Part shown: in pieces, positions 59,301 through 64,000 of the stretch
Layout: each line of letters starts with the position of its first letter
How positions within the stretch are numbered: position 1 is the stretch's first letter
Source: Candidatus Latescibacterota bacterium
GTDB lineage: Bacteria; Latescibacterota; UBA2968; UBA8231
Assembly: GCA_965261395.1 (NCBI GenBank)
Contig: OZ253462.1
Location: 5,920,001-5,984,000 of the forward strand
Reading direction: 5' to 3'
Length of the DNA stretch: 64,000 nucleotides
Position numbers and translations under genes: made by a program
The notes under the pieces: model-generated
The model's input: the letters and a program-made list of their open reading frames with translations, nothing else
Database searches by the model: none
Told to the model about the DNA's origin: nothing

Positions 59301-60800
59301 ATGGAAGGCTACGACCTGTTGCGCGATTGGTTTGGTGACGAGCAGGTTGCGCCTCGGGCGTGGCTGTCGGTGGGATCGCTGGCATCGTCCTATCGAGTTG
59401 AGCGGGATGACGCGGAGGAGCGAGCGGTTGGGGTGTGGGGATTTGTTGGGCTAGCGGCGCAAGAGGAGGATTTGCTCGGGCCGGAGGTGGTTGCCGGGCG
59501 GTGGCTGCGGCCCGGGGAAGAGGATGCCTGTCTGTTGCCGGTGGGGTTGGCAGATTCTTTGGGGGTAAGCGCCGAGGGCTTGGGGCAGGAGCAAGTGCGG
59601 GTTTTTGGGGAGGTATTTCGGGTCGTTGGGTTGCTCGCAGATGACGCGCTGGACCGGCTCGATCTGAATGGCGAGCCGCTGACCCCGTTGGATCCAGAGG
59701 CGCAACAGCCCTCGGAAGCGGCAGTAGGACGCGAGCAGGGAGGGAAGTTGCGGCCGTTTGCCCATTTGCCCGCATCGGCGACGCCGGTCTTGCCGTTTGC
59801 CGCGTTAATGCGCTGGGAAGGGGTGCGGCTGGCGTCGGTGGGGATCCGGTTGGATGGGACCACGGAGGGAACGCGCAGTGCGCTGATAGAGCTAGCGGAG
59901 ACGTTGGATTTGAACCTGTTCGCCGGCCTCGGAGGGCAGCGCTTGCTCGTCAATTCGGTTGGAGTGGCGTCAGTGTCGGGGTGGGGATCGCTGATCGTGC
60001 CGCTGCTGATCGCCGGGTTGATCGTGTTCAACACCATGCTCGGGGCCGTGTACGAGCGGACGCAGGAAATCGGCACCTTTAACGCGGTCGGCTTAGCCCC
60101 CGGCCACGTTAGCGGGCTGTTCATGGCCGAAGCAGTGGCTTTGGGGGTGGTCGGCACGGTTGCAGGGTATTTGCTAGGCCAAGGCGCGGCGCAGCTTTTG
60201 AATCAAGGGGGCTTTTTGCCTGGCTTGGAGCTGAACTACTCGTCGCTAGGGGCGGTGCTCACCGTTGGCGCGATTGCGCTGTTGGTGGTGGCGTCGGCGC
60301 TCTATCCGGCGCGCATGGCCGGGCGGATTTGCACGCCGGGGATTGAACGGCGCTGGAAGCTGCCGGTCGTCGCGGGCGAGCACTTGCACGTGCAACTGCC
60401 CTTCTCGCTGGCGCGGCGCGAAGCCCTCGGCATGGCGGCGTTCCAAGCGGAGTCGTGGGCGGCCAATCAGGAACAGTCGATCGGCGCGGGATTTTACGTC
60501 GAAGCCCTGCAGGTGGAGCAGGTGGGGGAGCGGGTGCGCGTGGCGGCGCAGGTGTGGTTAGCGCCGTTTGACCAAGGTGTGGTGCAAAAGACCGTGATGG
60601 AGATAGGGCCGGGGGCGGATCCGCACTATTGCGATATCCACGTTGACTTGGCGTTGGTAGCTGGTGATCTGGCGACGTGGCAGCGCGTGGTGCGCACCTT
60701 TTTGGACGATGTGCGCAAGCAGTTCTTGATCTGGCGCACCTTGGAAGCGGATAGTCGCCGCTACTACGCCGAGCAGTTGCCGCAGTGGGAGCGGGCGTGA
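56358..60800 (+). CDS. 1480-aa fusion: M28 peptidase-like/PA domain + TM bundle + MacB-like periplasmic domain + FtsX permease
   Basis: SR.TGYPG, NL.A.IPG, AHYD, PGAE, LDLS; R.WRT.LT..TL..LTF; G.VYER..EIG..NAVGLAP..V..LF.AE; true start uncertain. Confidence 0.8.
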   Translation: MLPPLRLGYSGSDAPQEQAYGSRCLGACFFLLLLASLISPSIVAGSEAEVRLRRTVEAFSAPASRMTGYPGATVAREWLVAELESLGIAEFYRHEFPVLVPIDEGFWLECAGERLELFGVWPNLVRTPTLPAEGIEGQLVYGGDGSRLEGQPVAGRIVLLDYASGTAWVDAFHLGAAAVVFLESVGAHRKEAEQKFIDVPADLPRLYARRDVAERLRVLEKSRAQVRLRGRMAWREVTAENLVAVIPGQDATLGGEVVFLAAHYDAMSPVPALAPGAEQAASAAALLELARGFAARPPKRTVALLWMAGHFQNMAGMRHFAPLLLAAAGQREGGVEETALLRRLSALETRFLVGLDLSSHSPRLGAFRPKAPYRVSLLAPPITDRLLKLVTAYEDSALGGKRVLVNGLKQDFARQGLGGMGLTVPLDAAVAALAGCPTLAFCTVNDSRARFDSPDDDPEAVRFDWLAGQVALLRDVLPALIDDPDLEPWVWGNDAFGTIRGEVVHYGPRSYLPDQPTAGALVRVRLRQPTLAGVRPDFWAAADDSGRFAIPGVESGIIYTKPVRLEAYGLDAETGAVTAAPDWGINGERKLPGRALTVQMDAAEDEIQIVTAPLRGTTLFGIFDPRNLLTLERVQAIDAALEAEPVVYGACLPLTAPEMELFSYQNRVGSWTEPVAVIFTQPSQRFKAVMATGRYGLGRRLLLLNGTEDAPGGVGYAVDGKGRIVETVYRVAVDMHTLNGERIDRLERHGVRNERLTAFHERSAGLLKEAAAARAEHRHQDFIDRARRAWALAAAAYRDVERTQAGVVQGALFLLAVLIPFAHFAERLAFGFADLRRQVLGYFALFLIGFVALRYVHPAFELSISPAIILLGFVILALGILVTALGMSRLNRELQALGARRGQIAVQRSGAVLTSVAVGLAHLRRRPWRTGLTCATLVLLTFSVLSFTSIRAALHTNWIAIGADAAYEGALVRMPGWQTMEMEGYDLLRDWFGDEQVAPRAWLSVGSLASSYRVERDDAEERAVGVWGFVGLAAQEEDLLGPEVVAGRWLRPGEEDACLLPVGLADSLGVSAEGLGQEQVRVFGEVFRVVGLLADDALDRLDLNGEPLTPLDPEAQQPSEAAVGREQGGKLRPFAHLPASATPVLPFAALMRWEGVRLASVGIRLDGTTEGTRSALIELAETLDLNLFAGLGGQRLLVNSVGVASVSGWGSLIVPLLIAGLIVFNTMLGAVYERTQEIGTFNAVGLAPGHVSGLFMAEAVALGVVGTVAGYLLGQGAAQLLNQGGFLPGLELNYSSLGAVLTVGAIALLVVASALYPARMAGRICTPGIERRWKLPVVAGEHLHVQLPFSLARREALGMAAFQAESWAANQEQSIGAGFYVEALQVEQVGERVRVAAQVWLAPFDQGVVQKTVMEIGPGADPHYCDIHVDLALVAGDLATWQRVVRTFLDDVRKQFLIWRTLEADSRRYYAEQLPQWERA

Positions 60801-62707
60801 GCATGGCCGCGCTGCGCTTAGCCGCGCTCATCACCGGCATCACGGTTGCGAGCGGGTGGTTGCTCCAGCGCGTCGAATTGCTGTACAACGGCCCGCACTT
60901 GGCCGGGGCCGGGAGTGCGCCGGGGGCTCAGGTCTTTCTCGCCATACCCTTAGGGGCTTTGGCGGCCGTTACCTTAGTGCGTCGCTTGCTCGGCCCCGGG
61001 GATCGCGCGGTGCTTTACGCCGCGCTGGTAATCGGGGTGTCGGCGACCGCTTCCGGCCTGATGCACCGGTTTCTGCCGGGCTTGGTGACGGGTTTTTACG
61101 GGGGTTTTGCCCAGCCGACCGGCCCTTATTACCGCTTCCTAAAAGTTGTTCCGGACTGGCTGGTCCCGGGTGGTCCGAATGAGGCCCCGGCCATCGGGGC
61201 GTTTGAGGGTGGCGCGGCCGTGCCTTGGGGGGCGTGGCTGTGGCCGCTGGCGATGTGGACTGCGTTTTTCGGCACGTTTTTTTTGACCTGCTTCTGCTTG
61301 GTCTGGCTGCTGCGGCAACGCTGGCTGGAGACCGAGCGGTTGGGGTTCCCATTGCTGGAAGTACCCCGCGCCCTCATTGCCGGAGATCTGTTCGGACAGC
61401 GGCTGTTTTGGTGGGGTGCGTTGGTGCCGGGCGCGTTGTTGGGGATCAATGGCTTGCACCACTACGCACCGAAAGTGCCGGAGATCGTCACGGGTTTGGA
61501 TATGGCTCATTTCCTCCTCGACGATCCGTGGAAAGCCATGGCGCCCTTTGAGTCGCCGTTCTACTTCGACTTTGTCCCTTTGTTGGTGGGTGCGGCTTTT
61601 CTCGCGCCGGTGGAAGTGTCGTTCAGCACGTGGTTTTTCTATTTGCTCACCCGCGTGCAATTGCTGGTGGCCCATTTTCTCGGACGCCTCGAATATCGCG
61701 GCGACTTCATCCCCGGGCATGGGTCGCCGTGGCTAGATTGGCCGGGTCACTTTCCTTTTTTTATGACGCAGGCGCGCGGCGGCTTGTTGTTTTTGGGGCT
61801 GTTCAGCCTGTGGTCGGCGCGGCGCGCTCTGGCGGCAGCGCTTTCTTGGCGCAGCCGGGCGACGTGGGGGCTGGTGGTCGGGCTGCTGGTGCTGTGGGCG
61901 TGGACTACGGCTTTGGGGGTGCCGCCACTGATGGGTATCGCGGCGTTATTGCTGGTGTTGCTGTTGGCGTTGACGTTTGCGCGGCTGCGGATCGACGGGG
62001 GCTTGCCCATTGTGGGAATGCCGCAGATCGTGGGCTACCTGTTCTTCGTGGTCTTGGGAACCGGCACCGGGCGTTTTGACGATGCGACCTACATGGGCTT
62101 TGGCTTTTTGGCGGTGTTTGGCTTTACGATGATTGGGATCTGGCCCGCCCTGCAATTTGAGGGGCTGAAGTTGGCCGAGCTGCACGGGGTGTCGCCGCGC
62201 CGCTTGATTTGGGGGATGGCTTTGGGGTTGGGTGTTGGACTGGGGGCTGGCTATGTGTTTTCGCTGGAAACGATCTACGAGCATGGGCTGTTCGCCTTGC
62301 AGGAACAGGGCGGTGCGCGGTCTGAGGCGCGCATTGGCCGCTACTACAACTACTTGTTCAAAGACGCGGGCACGGTGGATGGGGGCACGGACTGGGTGCG
62401 CTTGGGATTTCACGCGGCCGGGGCGGGTTTTACCTATTTCTTGGCGTTGATGCGCCAGCACTTTCTCCGCTGGCCCTTACATCCGATGGGCTTTGTGTTT
62501 GGCACGGGGTTTGGCTGGCTGGTGTGGGGATCGGTGTTGTGCGGCTGGCTGTGCAAGTGGCTGGCGGTGCGCTATGGCGGTGCCCAAACCTACCGGCGGG
62601 TTATGCCGTTTTTCTTGGGGATGATTTGTGGGGAGGTCGCGATGCGGCTGTTGTGGGCTGCGGTCGCGCTGTGGCAGGGCGAAATGGGGGGAGGATACCG
62701 GCCGTGA
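60797..62707 (+). CDS. DUF6785/DUF6784-like membrane protein, copy 4 (divergent)
   Basis: GTGA overlap with the upstream stop; VPW.AW..PL..W, W.E.ERL.FPL..VP, SFS.WFFY, WPLHP.G, PFFLG. Confidence 0.75.
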   Translation: MSMAALRLAALITGITVASGWLLQRVELLYNGPHLAGAGSAPGAQVFLAIPLGALAAVTLVRRLLGPGDRAVLYAALVIGVSATASGLMHRFLPGLVTGFYGGFAQPTGPYYRFLKVVPDWLVPGGPNEAPAIGAFEGGAAVPWGAWLWPLAMWTAFFGTFFLTCFCLVWLLRQRWLETERLGFPLLEVPRALIAGDLFGQRLFWWGALVPGALLGINGLHHYAPKVPEIVTGLDMAHFLLDDPWKAMAPFESPFYFDFVPLLVGAAFLAPVEVSFSTWFFYLLTRVQLLVAHFLGRLEYRGDFIPGHGSPWLDWPGHFPFFMTQARGGLLFLGLFSLWSARRALAAALSWRSRATWGLVVGLLVLWAWTTALGVPPLMGIAALLLVLLLALTFARLRIDGGLPIVGMPQIVGYLFFVVLGTGTGRFDDATYMGFGFLAVFGFTMIGIWPALQFEGLKLAELHGVSPRRLIWGMALGLGVGLGAGYVFSLETIYEHGLFALQEQGGARSEARIGRYYNYLFKDAGTVDGGTDWVRLGFHAAGAGFTYFLALMRQHFLRWPLHPMGFVFGTGFGWLVWGSVLCGWLCKWLAVRYGGAQTYRRVMPFFLGMICGEVAMRLLWAAVALWQGEMGGGYRP

Positions 62708-64000
62708 GAACCGATGAGCTGACTAGCTACCGCGACTTGATGCAGCCCCCGACGCGCTATCGCGAGGGCTTTACTGCGCGCACTGTGGCTGGGGCGTTTT
62801 TCGTCGGTTTTATCATGATGCCCGGTGCCATTTACATGGGCCTGATTGCCGGTGCATCGTTCGGCGCGGCCGCCGAGTGGGTGACCATCATCCTGTTTTC
62901 CGAGCTGGCGCGGCGTTCCTTTTCTTCGCTGACGCGCCAGGAGATTTACCTGATCTACTACATTGCCGGCGGTTTGGCTGGCGTCATCGGCGGCACCATG
63001 CTGGCCGGCGGGCCGTTTGGGCAACTAGTGTGGAACCAGTACCTGGCGCAGTCGCAGGCCGCGGCTGGTTTTGGCATTGCCGAGCACATCCCGGAATGGG
63101 TCGTGCCGCCGGTCGGTTCAGACGCGCTAGCCGGGCGCAGCTTTTTGCATCGGGCGTGGATTCCGCCGGTGATCGTGCTGGTCGCCTCGCAGGTTTTGTC
63201 GCGGGTCGAGTGGTTCACGCTCGGCTACATCCTCTTTCGGGTCACGTCCGATGTGGAGCGCTTGCCCTTCCCGTTGGCACCGGTCGCTGCGCAGGGGGCA
63301 ACGGCCCTTGCCGAGGGCGACGAAGGGCGCGATAGCTGGCGCTGGCGGGTTTTCTCGGTGGGCATGGGGATTGGTTTGCTGTTCGGCGCGGTGTACGTGG
63401 GCTTGCCCGCGCTGACCGGGTTGATCGCCAGCGATCCCATCGTCCTGCTGCCCATCCCCTGGATCGACCTGACGAGGACTACGCAGGACATTTTGCCGGC
63501 CGCGCCCTTGGGCATTGGCACGGACTTGGGCTTGGTGCTGTTGGGGATGGTGCTGCCGTTTTGGATCGTCGTTGGCACGTTTGCCGCGGCCATGGTCCAC
63601 GCCTTGGGCAGCCCGATTCTCTATCACGCTGGAGTGCTGACGCACTGGCGGCCGGGTATGGACGCGATTCTGACGAATTTCGCCAACGACATCGACGTGT
63701 GGATGAGCGTGTACATTGGCGCGGGGGCAGCCGTGGGCGCGATTGGCTTGGTACAGGCCGTGCTGTCGGTGCGGGCCGCGCGCCGTCAGGGTGGGCACCG
63801 CCCGTTGCAAGATAAGCCTGCTGGGCGGGGCGATTTTCCGTTGTGGATAGCGATTGTCGGATATGCGCTATCGACGCTGGCCATGATCTGGCTCTGCGTG
63901 CTGCTCTTAGACGACGAGTTCCCGCTGATCTTTTTGCTGCTCTTTGGCTTCGTGCTGACGCCGGTGATTTCGTACGTCAATGCGCGCATGGCCGGGTTGA
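62704..64000 (+). CDS. OPT-like 'peptide transporter' membrane protein, 3' truncated by the window (absent from the ORF track)
   Basis: GTGA overlap; MRTDELTSYRDLMQPP..YREGFT.RT..GA.F.GFIMMPGAIY.GL.AG, AAEWVT.ILF.E.ARR, SDVERLPFPLAPV. Confidence 0.8.
   Translation, partial: MRTDELTSYRDLMQPPTRYREGFTARTVAGAFFVGFIMMPGAIYMGLIAGASFGAAAEWVTIILFSELARRSFSSLTRQEIYLIYYIAGGLAGVIGGTMLAGGPFGQLVWNQYLAQSQAAAGFGIAEHIPEWVVPPVGSDALAGRSFLHRAWIPPVIVLVASQVLSRVEWFTLGYILFRVTSDVERLPFPLAPVAAQGATALAEGDEGRDSWRWRVFSVGMGIGLLFGAVYVGLPALTGLIASDPIVLLPIPWIDLTRTTQDILPAAPLGIGTDLGLVLLGMVLPFWIVVGTFAAAMVHALGSPILYHAGVLTHWRPGMDAILTNFANDIDVWMSVYIGAGAAVGAIGLVQAVLSVRAARRQGGHRPLQDKPAGRGDFPLWIAIVGYALSTLAMIWLCVLLLDDEFPLIFLLLFGFVLTPVISYVNARMAGL

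Noticed and set aside
1-64000. Apparent abundance of CTAG and patchy codon/GC-skew differences between genes
   Set aside because: Impression only; cannot be quantified without computation

Overview
GC-rich bacterial window of about 40 genes, dominated by uptake, cell-surface and catabolic functions. Gene content suggests a non-Bacteroidetes FCB-group organism, most like Ca. Latescibacterota or Poribacteria-type lineages; this is an inference from FlgD-Ig/CHU_C-tailed secreted proteins, a C-terminal 'AVE..WG.LK' tail, a TonB receptor-CTD protein-PorV triplet and DUF6785/6784-like membrane proteins. No rRNA, tRNA, CRISPR array or transposase was seen. Main points: (1) a divergent locus at about 4-29 kb, with three paralogous CTD-tailed secreted proteins, a 903-aa putative outer-membrane protein, a CBM9-like protein and an OPT-like transporter on one arm, and a PPIase, sugar ABC transporter and two mosaic DUF2341-LamG/7-blade-propeller paralogs on the other; it looks like a SusCD-free utilization locus; (2) five OPT/DUF6785-like paralogs, two of them coupled to a 1480-aa degenerate M28-FtsX fusion; (3) a TBDR + CTD protein + PorV module without SusD; (4) a PEP mutase broken by an apparent microhomology deletion; (5) a leaderless higBA with operator, a candidate sRNA, a REP palindrome and several intergenic direct repeats. 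All family assignments come from motif recognition by eye, not database searches.
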